64,000 bases of DNA from assembly GCA_949358305.1 (NCBI GenBank), contig OX442314.1:1364001-1428000 (forward strand). Reading direction: 5' to 3'. The notes beneath the pieces are model-generated. The model was given only the letters and a program-made list of their open reading frames with translations. It was not told the DNA's origin and ran no database searches. Shown one piece after another: positions 1 through 15,000 of this stretch (positions are counted from its first letter, which is position 1; each line of letters starts with the position of its first letter). The stretch is from Strigamia acuminata (Eukaryota). Made by a program: the position numbers and the translations under genes.

Positions 1-3000
1 GCGCGCATTGTCTGTCGCGCGACCCACTCGGTCTATCGGTACGGAGGCATCGTCGTGGTTCGTATTTTGGAGCGGCCGTGTCTGGCCTCGAGAGGGAGAG
101 GAGGGGGAGGAGGAGGAGGGAGGGGAGACGGTGACAAATATTTATTTTGAAACAAATTACCGGGACTACCGGCGCTCGTTGGCGCCCGTTGTCCCGTGCG
201 GGCCGTTAACGGGCCGCCGACGATCCCGCAACGGCCCCGTAACGGCCCGTACGGGCCGTTAACGGGCCGCACGAGGTTGGCGAGGCCGCCGCACGGGCCG
301 CCGACGGTCCCGTAACGACCCCGTTAACGGCCCGTGCGGGCCGTTAACGGGCCGCCGACGGTCCCGTCACGATCCCGTAACGGCCCGTACAAGCCGTTAA
401 CGGGCCGCCGACGGTCCCGTCACGATCCCGTCACGGCCCGTGCGGGCCGTTAACGGGCCGCCAACGGTCCCGTCACGATCCCGTCACGGCTCGTGCGGGC
501 CGTTAACGGGCCGCCGACGGTCCCGTCACGATCCCGTCACGGCCCGTGCGGGCCGTTAACGGGCTGCCGACGGTCCCGTCACGATCCCGTCAACGGCCCG
601 CATGGAATCGTACGGGCCGTTAACGGGCCGCCGACGGTCCCGTCACGGTCCCGTCACGATCCCGTAACGGCCCGTACAAGCCGTTAACGGGCCGCCGACG
701 GTCCCGTCACGATCCCGTCACGGCCCGTGCGGGCCGTTAACGGGCCGCCGACGGTCCCGTCACGATCCCGTCACGGCCCGTGCGGGCCGTTAACGGGCCG
801 CCGACGGTCCCGTCACGATCCCGTCACGGCCCGTGCGGGCCGTTAACGGGCCGCCAACGGTCCCGTCACGATCCCGTCACGGCCCGTGCGGGCCGTTAAC
901 GGGCCGCCGACGGTCCCGTCACGATCCCGTCACGGCCTGTGCGGGCCGTTAACGGGCCGTTAACGGGCCGTTAACGGGCCGTTAACGGCCCGTTAACGGC
1001 GTAAAACCAAAAACAGGATTCGAGATTAATGTCTATGAATGTTGTACGCGTTTTCACGTACGTGTTGTCGGTTGTTGATTTTTTCGATTTACGCCGTAAC
1101 GGCCCGTTAACGGCCCGTTAACGGCCCGTCAACGGCCCGTCAACGGCCCGCATGGAGTCGTACGGGCCGTTAACGGGATCGTGACGGTCCCGTCACGATC
1201 CCGTCACGGCCCGTGCGGGCCGTTAACGGGCCGCCGACAGTCCCGTCACGATCCCGTCACGGCCTTCGTTCCCGGACTTCGGCTCGCCGACGGCCCGTAC
1301 GACCTCACGCGGGCCGTTAACGGGCCGTTAACGGGCCGTTAACGGCCCGTTAACGGCCCGTTAACGGCGTAAAACCAAAAACAGGATTCGAGATTAATGT
1401 CTATGAATGTTGTACGCGTTTTCACGTACGTGTTGTCGGTTGTTGATTTTTTCGATTTACGCCGTTAACGGCCCGTTAACGGCCCGTTAACGGCCCGTCA
1501 ACGGCCCGCATGGAGTCGTACGGGCCGTTAACGGGCCGCCGACGGTCCCGTCACGGTCCCGTCACGGCGCGTGCGGGCCGTTAACGGGCCGCCAACGGTC
1601 CCGTCACGATCCCGTCACGGCCCGTGCGGGCCGTTAACGGGCCGCCGACGGTCCCGTCACGATCCCGTCACGGCCCGTGCGGGCCGTTAACGGCCCGTTA
1701 ACGGCGTAAAACCAAAAACAGGATTCGAGATTAATGTCTATGAATGTTGTACGCGTTTTCACGTACGTGTTGTCGGTTGTTGATTTTTTCGATTTACGCC
1801 GTAACGGCCCGTTAACGGCCCGTCAACGGCCCGCATGGAGTCGTTCGGGCCGTTAACGGGCCGCCGACGGTCCCGTCACGATCCCGTAACGGCCCGTTAC
1901 GGCCAAGGGCCGTAACGGGATAACTGAGAGAGTCGGGTGCGAGACCACGTGACCCGGAGTGTGGTTTTTGGGGGCGAGGGCCGTCCTCCGACCGCGCCGT
2001 GACGCGCCCCGGGTCGGATCAAGAGGCGACCCGGTCGGAAACCGAACCTCGGGGTTCCTCGGGGCGTGGTTTTTTGGGGAGGGGGGGGGGGGGGGGGATT
2101 GGGTCGCGTGCTCCGACCGCGCCGCAACGCGCCGTGGGTCGGTCACCAACCTTTGTCAATATTTTATAAATTTCCACGGAATTTCAACAATGTTTTACAT
2201 AAGTCCGTCAAATCGGGCAGAAATATCCCGTACAATGTCGCTGCAATTCTGTGGAAATTTATCAGATATTGACAAAATTCGGTGACGGGCGGAAGGGCGA
2301 TTCCCGGGCGGAAGAGAGAGAGAGAGAGAGAAAGGGGGGACGGCCGGCGCCTACGCCGACGGGGCGCGGAGGGCGAGTGCACTGTTCACGCATGTGGGCG
2401 CGTGTGGACGCTCGATTTACTGGCGCGTTGGACAAGTCAAAAAAAATTTCCCAATGTCTGACAAAAATTCCATCGAATCACGGCAATATTTGACAACACT
2501 TGCACAGATTTTTAGCAACATTCACCGGCGAGGTCGTTGATGAACTCGCTTTACCCCGATGAATCTCGCGCGACAACAACCCTGCGAAAATACCAAATCT
2601 CGTACGAATAATAAACACGGCGCAAACCGCACAAAAATCCACGACATAAAATCGAATGTCGTCTATCGGCACTCTCAGCATTCCCCCGGACATTTTCCGG
2701 AAGAGTTTGGTCCGGCCGGAATCCGAGGAATAGTCACTCCCAAAGTGCGGATTTTGCGGGTGCACTCGCTTCCGAAGGATAGGCAAAGCAGGCGTGCGGA
2801 CGCGACGCCCGGACGCGGCCGGACGGGGACCAGTCGGCGCTTAACCTTGGGGTATGTGTGCGGATTTTGTCGGGGGCGAAAGGGTCCCGCTTTTTAACAT
2901 TACGGCGGCCTATACGTTGTTTCGTTGATCGCGACTGTGATGCGGAATTTGCGGATGTTGTTTTGGCCGAGTAGTTCGTGCGACCGAGCGCGTTTTGTTC

Positions 3001-6000
3001 GTTGCTTTTCGGTGTTCGGTGGGTTTTGTGACCGGTCAAGGGTTTCGCTAAAACGTGGTTTTTGTGACGGGAGGGAGGGGGGATCGGTTCATGTGCTCCG
3101 AACGCGCCGCGACGCGCCGTGACTTGGGCCAAAAACGACCCGGTCGGAAACCGGGTCCCGGGCTTCGTCGAGGCGTGGTTTTTGAGAACGGGGGGAGGGG
3201 GGGATCGGGTCGCGTGCTCCGAAAGCGCCGCGACGCGCCGTGACTTGGGCCAAAAACGACCCGGTCGGAAACCGGGTCCCGGGCTTCGTCGAGGCGTGGT
3301 CCCGATCGGGACAAACTCTTCCGGAAAATGTCCGGTGGAATGTTGAGAGTGTCGATGGACGACGTTCGAGTTTATATCGTAAGTAAGTAAGTATCTGACA
3401 AAACTTGCACAGAATTTTGTCAACATTTGATAAATTTCCACAGAATTTAACGTTGTTTTGCTAAAACCTGCGGAAACGTGTCTAGTCGGGCAGAAACGTC
3501 TCGTAAAATGTTGCTGAAATTCCGTGGAAATTTGTCAAAAATTGACAAAAGTTGGTGACCGACCCACATCGCGTTGCGGCGCGGTCGGAGCACGCGACCC
3601 GATCCCCCCCCCCCCCCCTCCCCCCGTCCCCAAAAAACCACGCCTCGAGGAACCCCGAGGTTCGGTTTCCGACCGGGTCGCCTCTTGATCCGACTCGGGG
3701 CGCGTCACGGCGCGGTCGGAGGACGGCCCTCGCCCCCAAAAACCACACTCCGGGTCACGTGGTCTCGCACCCGACTCTTTCAGTTTTCCCGTTTTCAGCC
3801 CGTTACGGGATCGTGACGGGACTGTCGGCGGCCCGTTAACGGCCCGCACGAGCCGTGACGGGATCGTGACGGGACCGTTGGCGGCCCGTTAACGGCCCGC
3901 ACGGGCCGTGACGGGATCGTGACGGGACCGTCGGCGGCCCGTTAACGGCCCGTACGACTCCATGCGGGCCGTTGACGGGCCGTTGACGGGCCGTTAACGG
4001 GCCGTTAACGGGCCGTTACGGCGTAAATCGAAAAAATCAACAACCGACAACACGTACGTGAAAACGCGTACAACATTCATAGACATTAATCTCGAATCCT
4101 GTTTTTGGTTTTACGCCGTTAACGGGCCGTTAACGGCCCGTTAACGGCCCGTTAACGGCCCGCGTGAGGTCGTACGGGCCGTCGGCGAGCCGAAGTCCGG
4201 GAACGAAGGCCGTGACGGGATCGTGACGGGACCGTCAGCGGCCCGTTAACGGCCCGTGCGGGCCGTTGCGGGATCGTGACGGGATCGTCGACGGCCCGTT
4301 AACGGCCCGTGCGGGCCGTTGCGGGCCGTTGACGGGCCGTTGACGGGCCGTTAACGGGCCGTTAACGGGCCGTTACGGCGTGAATCGAAAAAATCAACAA
4401 CCGACAACACGTACATGAAAACGCGTACAACATTCATAGACATTAATCTCGAATCCTGTTTTCGGTTTTGCCCCGTTAACGGGCCGTTAACGGGCCGTTA
4501 ACGGGCCGTTAACGGCCCGTGCGGGCCGTTGCGGGATCGTGACGGGACCGTCGACGGCCCGTTAACGGCCCGTGCGGGCCGTTGCGGGATCGTGACGGGA
4601 CCGTCAGCGGCCCGTTAACGGCCCGTGCGGGCCGTTGCGGGATCGTGACGGGATCGTCGACGGCCCGTTAACGGCCCGTGCGGGCCGTTGCGGGATCGTG
4701 ACGGGACCGTCAGCGGCCCGTTAACGGCCCGTGCGGGCCGTTGCGGGATCGTGACGGGATCGTCGACGGCCCGTTAACGGCCCGTGCGGGCCGTTGCGGG
4801 CCGTTGACGGGCCGTTGACGGGCCGTTAACGGGCCGTTAACGGGCCGTTACGGCGTGAATCGAAAAAATCAACAACCGACAACACGTACATGAAAACGCG
4901 TACAACATTCATAGACATTAATCTCGAATCCTGTTTTTGGTTTTACGCCGTTAACGGGCCGTTAACGGGCCGTTAACGGCCCGTCAACGGCCCGCGTGAG
5001 GTCGTACGGGCCGTCGGCGAGCCGAAGTCCGGGAACGAAGGCCGTGACGGGATCGTGACGGGACCGTCAGCGGCCCGTTAACGGCCCGTGCGGGCCGTTG
5101 CGGGATCGTGACGGGATCGTCGACGGCCCGTTAACGGCCCGTGCGGGCCGTTGCGGGCCGTTGACGGGCCGTTGACGGGCCGTTGACGGGCCGTTAACGG
5201 GCCGTTAACGGGCCGTTACGGCGTAAATCGAAAAAATCAACAACCGACAACACGTACGTGAAAACGCGTACAACATTCATAGACATTAATCTCGAATCCT
5301 GTTTTCGGTTTTGCCCCGTTAACGGGCCGTTAACGGGCCGTTAACGGGCCGTTAACGGCCCGTGCGGGCCGTTGCGGGATCGTGACGGGACCGTCGACGG
5401 CCCGTTAACGGCCCGTGCGGGCCGTTGCGGGATCGTGACGGGACCGTCAGCGGCCCGTTAACGGCCCGTGCGGGCCGTTGCGGGATCGTGACGGGATCGT
5501 CGACGGCCCGTTAACGGCCCGTGCGGGCCGTTGCGGGATCGTGACGGGACCGTCAGCGGCCCGTTAACGGCCCGTGCGGGCCGTTGCGGGATCGTGACGG
5601 GATCGTCGACGGCCCGTTAACGGCCCGTGCGGGCCGTTGCGGGCCGTTGACGGGCCGTTGACGGGCCGTTAACGGGCCGTTAACGGGCCGTTACGGCGTG
5701 AATCGAAAAAATCAACAACCGACAACACGTACATGAAAACGCGTACAACATTCATAGACATTAATCTCGAATCCTGTTTTTGGTTTTACGCCGTTAACGG
5801 GCCGTTAACGGGCCGTTAACGGCCCGTTAACGGCCCGCGTGAGGTCGTACGGGCCGTCGGCGAGCCGAAGTCCGGGAACGAAGGCCGTGACGGGATCGTG
5901 ACGGGACCGTCAGCGGCCCGTTAACGGCCCGTGCGGGCCGTTGCGGGATCGTGACGGGATCGTCGACGGCCCGTTAACGGCCCGTGCGGGCCGTTGCGGG

Positions 6001-9000
6001 CCGTTGACGGGCCGTTGACGGGCCGTTAACGGGCCGTTAACGGGCCGTTACGGCGTAAATCGAAAAAATCAACAACCGACAACACGTACGTGAAAACGCG
6101 TACAACATTCATAGACATTAATCTCGAATCCTGTTTTCGGTTTTGCCCCGTTAACGGGCCGTTAACGGGCCGTTAACGGGCCGTTAACGGCCCGTGCGGG
6201 CCGTTGCGGGATCGTGACGGGACCGTCGACGGCCCGTTAACGGCCCGTGCGGGCCGTTGCGGGATCGTGACGGGACCGTCAGCGGCCCGTTAACGGCCCG
6301 TGCGGGCCGTTGCGGGATCGTGACGGGATCGTCGACGGCCCGTTAACGGCCCGTGCGGGCCGTTGCGGGATCGTGACGGGACCGTCAGCGGCCCGTTAAC
6401 GGCCCGTGCGGGCCGTTGCGGGATCGTGACGGGATCGTCGACGGCCCGTTAACGGCCCGTGCGGGCCGTTGCGGGCCGTTGACGGGCCGTTGACGGGCCG
6501 TTAACGGGCCGTTAACGGGCCGTTACGGCGTGAATCGAAAAAATCAACAACCGACAACACGTACATGAAAACGCGTACAACATTCATAGACATTAATCTC
6601 GAATCCTGTTTTTGGTTTTACGCCGTTAACGGGCCGTTAACGGGCCGTTAACGGCCCGTTAACGGCCCGCGTGAGGTCGTACGGGCCGTCGGCGAGCCGA
6701 AGTCCGGGAACGAAGGCCGTGACGGGATCGTGACGGGACCGTCAGCGGCCCGTTAACGGCCCGTGCGGGCCGTTGCGGGATCGTGACGGGATCGTCGACG
6801 GCCCGTTAACGGCCCGTGCGGGCCGTTGCGGGCCGTTGACGGGCCGTTGACGGGCCGTTAACGGGCCGTTAACGGGCCGTTACGGCGTAAATCGAAAAAA
6901 TCAACAACCGACAACACGTACGTGAAAACGCGTACAACATTCATAGACATTAATCTCGAATCCTGTTTTCGGTTTTGCCCCGTTAACGGGCCGTTAACGG
7001 GCCGTTAACGGGCCGTTAACGGCCCGTGCGGGCCGTTGCGGGATCGTGACGGGACCGTCGACGGCCCGTTAACGGCCCGTGCGGGCCGTTGCGGGATCGT
7101 GACGGGACCGTCAGCGGCCCGTTAACGGCCCGTGCGGGCCGTTGCGGGATCGTGACGGGATCGTCGACGGCCCGTTAACGGCCCGTGCGGGCCGTTGCGG
7201 GATCGTGACGGGACCGTCAGCGGCCCGTTAACGGCCCGTGCGGGCCGTTGCGGGATCGTGACGGGATCGTCGACGGCCCGTTAACGGCCCGTGCGGGCCG
7301 TTGCGGGCCGTTGACGGGCCGTTGACGGGCCGTTAACGGGCCGTTAACGGGCCGTTACGGCGTGAATCGAAAAAATCAACAACCGACAACACGTACATGA
7401 AAACGCGTACAACATTCATAGACATTAATCTCGAATCCTGTTTTTGGTTTTACGCCGTTAACGGGCCGTTAACGGGCCGTTAACGGCCCGTTAACGGCCC
7501 GCGTGAGGTCGTACGGGCCGTCGGCGAGCCGAAGTCCGGGAACGAAGGCCGTGACGGGATCGTGACGGGACCGTCAGCGGCCCGTTAACGGCCCGTGCGG
7601 GCCGTTGCGGGATCGTGACGGGATCGTCGACGGCCCGTTAACGGCCCGTGCGGGCCGTTGCGGGCCGTTGACGGGCCGTTGACGGGCCGTTAACGGGCCG
7701 TTAACGGGCCGTTACGGCGTAAATCGAAAAAATCAACAACCGACAACACGTACGTGAAAACGCGTACAACATTCATAGACATTAATCTCGAATCCTGTTT
7801 TTGGTTTTACGCCGTTAACGGGCCGTTAACGGCCCGTTAACGGCCCGTTAACGGCCCGCACAGGCCGTGACGGGATCGTGACGGGACTGTCGGCGGCCCG
7901 TTAACGGCCCGCACGAGCCGTGACGGGATCGTGACGGGACCGTCGGCGGCCCGTTAACGGCCCGTACGGGCCGTTGCGGGATCGTGACGGGATCGTCGAC
8001 GGCCCGTTAACGGCCCGTGCGGGCCGTTGCGGGATCGTGACGGGACCGTCAGCGGCCCGTTAACGGCCCGTGCGGGCCGTTGCGGGATCGTGACGGGATC
8101 GTCGACGGCCCGTTAACGGCCCGTGCGGGCCGTTGCGGGCCGTTGACGGGCCGTTGACGGGCCGTTAACGGGCCGTTAACGGGCCGTTACGGCGTGAATC
8201 GAAAAAATCAACAACCGACAACACGTACATGAAAACGCGTACAACATTCATAGACATTAATCTCGAATCCTGTTTTTGGTTTTACGCCGTTAACGGGCCG
8301 TTAACGGGCCGTTAACGGCCCGTTAACGGCCCGCGTGAGGTCGTACGGGCCGTCGGCGAGCCGAAGTCCGGGAACGAAGGCCGTGACGGGATCGTGACGG
8401 GACCGTCAGCGGCCCGTTAACGGCCCGTGCGGGCCGTTGCGGGATCGTGACGGGATCGTCGACGGCCCGTTAACGGCCCGTGCGGGCCGTTGCGGGCCGT
8501 TGACGGGCCGTTGACGGGCCGTTAACGGGCCGTTAACGGGCCGTTACGGCGTAAATCGAAAAAATCAACAACCGACAACACGTACGTGAAAACGCGTACA
8601 ACATTCATAGACATTAATCTCGAATCCTGTTTTTGGTTTTACGCCGTTAACGGGCCGTTAACGGCCCGTTAACGGCCCGTTAACGGCCCGCACAGGCCGT
8701 GACGGGATCGTGACGGGACTGTCGGCGGCCCGTTAACGGCCCGCACGAGCCGTGACGGGATCGTGACGGGACCGTCGGCAGCCCGTTAACGGCCCGTACG
8801 GGCCGTTGCGGGATCGTGACGGGATCGTCGACGGCCCGTTAACGGCCCGTGCGGGCCGTTGCGGGATCGTGACGGGACCGTCAGCGGCCCGTTAACGGCC
8901 CGTGCGGGCCGTTGCGGGATCGTGACGGGATCGTCGACGGCCCGTTAACGGCCCGTGCGGGCCGTTGCGGGCCGTTGACGGGCCGTTGACGGGCCGTTAA

Positions 9001-12000
9001 CGGGCCGTTAACGGGCCGTTACGGCGTGAATCGAAAAAATCAACAACCGACAACACGTACATGAAAACGCGTACAACATTCATAGACATTAATCTCGAAT
9101 CCTGTTTTTGGTTTTACGCCGTTAACGGGCCGTTAACGGGCCGTTAACGGCCCGTTAACGGCCCGCGTGAGGTCGTACGGGCCGTCGGCGAGCCGAAGTC
9201 CGGGAACGAAGGCCGTGACGGGATCGTGACGGGACCGTCAGCGGCCCGTTAACGGCCCGTGCGGGCCGTTGCGGGATCGTGACGGGATCGTCGACGGCCC
9301 GTTAACGGCCCGTGCGGGCCGTTGCGGGCCGTTGACGGGCCGTTGACGGGCCGTTAACGGGCCGTTAACGGGCCGTTACGGCGTAAATCGAAAAAATCAA
9401 CAACCGACAACACGTACGTGAAAACGCGTACAACATTCATAGACATTAATCTCGAATCCTGTTTTTGGTTTTACGCCGTTAACGGGCCGTTAACGGCCCG
9501 TTAACGGCCCGTTAACGGCCCGCACAGGCCGTGACGGGATCGTGACGGGACTGTCGGCGGCCCGTTAACGGCCCGCACGAGCCGTGACGGGATCGTGACG
9601 GGACCGTCGGCAGCCCGTTAACGGCCCGTACGACTCCATGCGGGCCGTTGACGGGATCGTGACGGGACCGTCGGCAGCCCGTTAACGGCCCGCACGGGCC
9701 GTGACGGGATCGTGACGGGACCGTCGGCGGCCCGTTAACGGCCCGCACGAGCCGTGACGGGATCGTGACGGGACCGTCGGCAGCCCGTTAACGGCCCGCA
9801 CGGGCCGTGACGGGATCGTGACGGGACCGTCGGCGGCCCGTTAACGGCCCGCACGAGCCGTGACGGGATCGTGACGGGACCGTCGGCGGCCCGTTAACGG
9901 CTTGTACGGGCCGTTACGGGATCGTGACGGGACCGTCGGCGGCCCGTTAACGGCTCGCACGGGCCGTTAACGGGGTCGTTACGGGACCGTCGGCGGCCCG
10001 TGCGGCGGCCTCGCCAACCTCGTGCGGCCCGTTAACGGCCCGTACGGGCCGTTACGGGGCCGTTGCGGGATCGTCGGCGGCCCGTTAACGGCCCGCACGG
10101 GACAACGGGCGCCAACGAGCGCCGGTAGTCCCGGTAATTTGTTTCAAAATAAATATTTGTCACCGTCTCCCCTCCCTCCTCCTCCTCCCCCTCCTCTCCC
10201 TCTCGAGGCCAGACACGGCCGCTCCAAAATACGAACCACGACGATGCCTCCGTACCGATAGACCGAGTGGGTCGCGCGACAGACAATGCGCGCAAACTAC
10301 CGTCGGCGCACGGTGTGCACGGCGCAACACCACGGAAGTAACTACCGGTGCGCCCCTCGTGCGTGCGAGGCAACCCCGAGCTCGCTTAACCTTGGGGTAT
10401 GTGTGCGGATTTTGTCGGGGGCGAAAGGGTCCCGCTTTTTAACATTACGGCGGCCTATACGTTGTTTCGTTGATCGCGACTGCGATGCGGAATTTGCGGA
10501 TGTTGTTTTGGCCGAGTAGTTCGTGCGACCGAGCGCGTTTTGTTCGTTGCTTTTCGGTGTTCGGTGGGTTTTGTGACCGGTCAAGGGTTTCGCTAAAACG
10601 TGGTTTTTGAGTACGGGGGGGAGGGGGGGGATCGGGTCGCGTGCTCCGAAAGCGCCGCGACGCGCCGTGACTTGGGCCAAAAACGACCCGGTCGGAAACC
10701 GGGTCCCGGGCTTCGTCGAGGCGTGGTCCCGATCGGGACAAACTCTTCCGGAAAATGTCCGGTGGAATGTTGAGAGTGTCGATGGACGACGTTCGAGTTT
10801 ATATCGTAAGTAAGTAAGTATCTGACAAAACTTGCACAGAATTTTGTCAACATTTGATAAATTTCCACAGAATTTAACGTTGTTTTGCTAAAACCTGCGG
10901 AAACGTGTCTAGTCGGGCAGAAACGTCTCGTAAAATGTTGCTGAAATTCCGTGGAAATTTGTCAAAAATTGACAAAAGTTGGTGACCGACCCACATCGCG
11001 TTGCGGCGCGGTCGGAGCACGCGACCCGATCCCCCCCCCCCCCCCTCCCCCCGTCCCCAAAAAACCACGCCTCGAGGAACCCCGAGGTTCGGTTTCCGAC
11101 CGGGTCGCCTCTTGATCCGACTCGGGGCGCGTCACGGCGCGGTCGGAGGACGGCCCTCGCCCCCAAAAACCACACTCCGGGTCACGTGGTCTCGCACTCG
11201 ACTTTTTCAGTTTTCCCGTTTTCGGCCCGTTACGGCCAAGGACCGTAACGGGTCGAAAACGGGCCGCAACGGGTCGAAAACGGCCGCAACGGGTCGAAAA
11301 CGGCCCGCACGGGCCGTTAACGGGCCGCCGACGGTCCCGTCACAATCCCGTAACGGCTCGCACGGGCCGTTAACGGGCCGCCGACGGTCCCGTCACGATC
11401 CCGTAACGGCTCGCACGGGCCGTTAACGGGCCGCCGACGGTTCCGTAACTATCCCGTAACGGCCCGCACGGGCCGTTAACGGGCCGCCGACGATCCCGTC
11501 ACGACCCCGTAACGGCCCGTACGACCTCATGCGGGCCGTTAACGGGCCGTTAACGGGCCGTTAACGGCCCGTTAACGGCGTAAAACCAAAAACAGGATTC
11601 GAGATTAATGTCTATGAATGTTGTACGCGTTTTCATGTACGTGTTGTCGGTTGTTGATTTTTTCGATTTACACCGTCACGGCCCGTTAACGGCCCGTTAA
11701 CGGCCCGTTAACGGCCCGTTACGATCCCGTAACGGCCCGCACGGGCCGTTAACGGGCCGCCGACGGTCCCGTCACGATCCCGTAACGGCCCGCACGGGCC
11801 GTTAACGGGCCGCCGACGGTCCCGTCACGGTCCCGTAACGGCTCGCACGGGCCGTTAACGGGCCGCCGACGGTCCCGTCACGGTCCCGTAACGGCCTTCG
11901 TTCCCGGACTTCGGCTCGCCGACGGCCCGTGCGACCTCATGCGGGCCGCTAACGGGCCGTCAACGGGCCGTTAACGGCCCGTTTTCGACCCGCTACGGCC

Positions 12001-15000
12001 CGTCACGGCCTGTTGGCCGTGCGACCCGTGACTCGGAGTGTGGTTTTTGGGGACGAGGGCCGTCCTCCGGCCGCGCCGCGACGCGCCGCGGGTCGGACAA
12101 GAAACGACCCGGTCGGAAACCGAACCTCAGTGTCCAATCGGGCAGAAATTGTGCGAAAGTTTAACCAAAAATGGCCAAAAGTCGGTGCAAGTTTTGCACG
12201 CAACAAACGTCCGATGTGACAGTGCCCATGCGGGTTGGACGTGCATGTGGGCGCGTGTGGGCGCTCGATTTACCGGCCCGTTGGACGAGTTAAACCAAAA
12301 TTTCCCAATATCTTGCATAAATTTAAAGAAGATTTGACAGATTTCCAGATTTTAAGCGATGTTTTACATAAGTCCGTCCCATTGCTGAAATTCCGTGAAA
12401 ATTTGTCAAAAATTGACAAAAGTCTGTGCAAATTTAGTCAGAAATAGGAAACAAAAAATTTAAAATTCGTCCAACGCGCCAGTAAATCGAGCGCGCCCAT
12501 GGACAGTGCGCCGGCGGGAGCCCCGGCCGTCCTCTCTCTCTCTCTCTCTCGGCCGCCAAGGCTCGCCCCTCCGCCCGTCGGCGGGAGCCCCGACCGTCCC
12601 CCCTCTCTCTTTCGGCCGCCAAAGGATCGCCCCTCCGCTCGTCACAGATTTTTGTCAATATTTGATGAATTTCAACAGATTTTCAGCAATATTTTACAGG
12701 ACATTTCTGCTCTTTTGGATACATTTTCAAAGGTTTTATTGCTAAAATTCTGGGGAAATTTATCAAATATTGACAAAAAATCGATGCAAGTTTTGTCAGA
12801 AATTGATAAAATCTTCTTAAACTCGTCCAACGCGCCGGCGAGTGCACATGCGGGGACAGTGGGCACGTCCAGCCCGCGTGCACACTGTCAGATCGGGCGG
12901 TTTCGGGCACAGTTTGATCCGGGCAAATATCTAGCAAAACTTGCACCGATTTTTTGTCAATTTTAGACAAATTTCAGCGATATTTTACGAGACATTTCTG
13001 CTCGATTGGACACATTTCCAGGGGTTTTTTGTAAAACATTGATAAAATTCCGTGGAAATTTATCAAATATTGGCAAAATTCGGTGCTAATTTTGTCAAAA
13101 ATTAGGAAAAAAAAAATTTTCAAAACTTGTCCAACGTGCCGGTAAATCGAGCGCCCACATGCCTAGATAGTGCACGCCCAACCCGCCAAGGCTCGCCCCT
13201 CCGCCCGTCGGCGGGAGCCCCGGCCGTCCCCTCTCTCTCTCTTTCTCTCTCTCTCTCGGGCGCCCGGAGCTCGCCCCTCCGCCCGTCACCGACTTTTGAC
13301 ACAATTTTTGATGAAATTCAACGGAATTTTAGCAACGTTTTACAAAAAACCTGTGGAAATGTGTCCAACCGGGCAGAAATGTGTCGTAAAATGTTGCCGA
13401 AATTCTGTGAAAATTTGTCACAAATTGCCAAAAGTCGGTGCAAGTATTGCTAGATTTGGGCGCATCAAACTGTGCCGAGATCTGACAGTGTCCACGCGGT
13501 TTTGAAGCGCCCACTGTCGACGCACGTGGGCGCTCAATTTACCGGCGCGTTGGACGAGTTTTGAAAAAAGTTTTTTCCTAATTTCTGACAAAACTTGCAC
13601 CGAATTTTGTCAATATGTGATAAATTTCCATGGATTTTAAGCAATGTTTTACAGAAGTCCGTCCCATCGGGCAGAAATGTCTCGTAAAATGTCGCTGAAA
13701 TTCTGTGGAAATTTGTTAAAAAATTCCCACAAGTCGGTGCAACTTTTGCACGCATCAAACTGTGCCCCGAGAGTCCACGCGTGTGCCCGATCTGACAGTG
13801 TCCACGCGGGTTGGACGTGCGCATGTGGGCGCGCGATTTACTGGCCTCCAACTCATCAATTAAAGCTCTCATGCAGCGCAACGAATCATCTGAAGAGCGC
13901 TAGTGAATTCAAAAAATGGCGACAGAAAAATTAAAAACACGTCTAATTTATTCGACTCAAGAACACGAACTAAATTGTCCAGATACTAGTCTACAATAGA
14001 AAATGCGGGAGTGCAACAATTGAAATTGCACGCGCTCAAAACAATTAGCAAAATAAAATCATATAAAACATCGAGACTGACGTAACTAGAATCACACGAT
14101 CGTCGACGAGAGTCCACGCATGTGCGTGCGCGATGTACTCGTGTGGCCACGTGTTAAACGTGGGCACGACGCGCAAGAACCGTACACACCGAGTCAAGGA
14201 ACCACTAAAAAGACAAAACGAATTAAACACATGTCTAATGCAAAAACAATTAACAATAAAACTGTGCCCGAAACCGCCCGATCTGACAATGTCCACGCGG
14301 GTTGGACGTGTAAAACATCGCTTAAAATCTGTGGAAATCAGTCAAATGTTCTTAAAAATCGGTGCAAGTTATGCAAAATATTGGGAAAATTTTGTTTAAC
14401 TCGTCCAACGCGCCGGTAAATCGAGCGCCCACACGTGCCCACATGCGTGAACAGTGCACTCGCCCTCTCGCCCCGTCGGCGTAGGCGCCGGCCGTCCGCC
14501 CTCTCTCTCTCTCTCTCTCTTCCGCTCGGGAATCGCCCTTCCGCCCGTCACCGAATTTTGTCAATATCTGATAAATTTCTACAGAATTGCAGCAACATTA
14601 TACGGGATATTTCTGCCCTTTTGGATGGGGCTTCTGTAAAACATTGCTTAAAATCTGTGTAAATTTATTAAATGTCGTTAAAAATCGTTGCAAGTTTTGT
14701 CAGATTTTGGAGAATTTTTTTAGAACTCGTCCAACGCGCCAGTAAATCACGCGCCCACGTGCGTGGACAGTGCGCCCCGCGTGGACACTGTCAGGTCGGG
14801 CACACTCGTGGACTCTCGGGGCACACGGTTTGATGCGTCCAAAAAAATTGCACCGACTTTTGACAATTTGTGATAAATTTCCAAGTAATTTCAGCAATAT
14901 TTTGCGAGACATTTCTGCCCGATTGGATACATTTCCACAGGTTTTTGTAAAACATTGCTAAAATTCGGTGGAAATCTATCAAATGTTGCCACAATTCGGT

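Noticed and set aside
3800..9520. CRISPR-like array (constant core with regular spacing)
   Set aside because: The intervening sequences are themselves repeats rather than unique spacers, units are far too long, there are no cas genes, and the context is eukaryotic.
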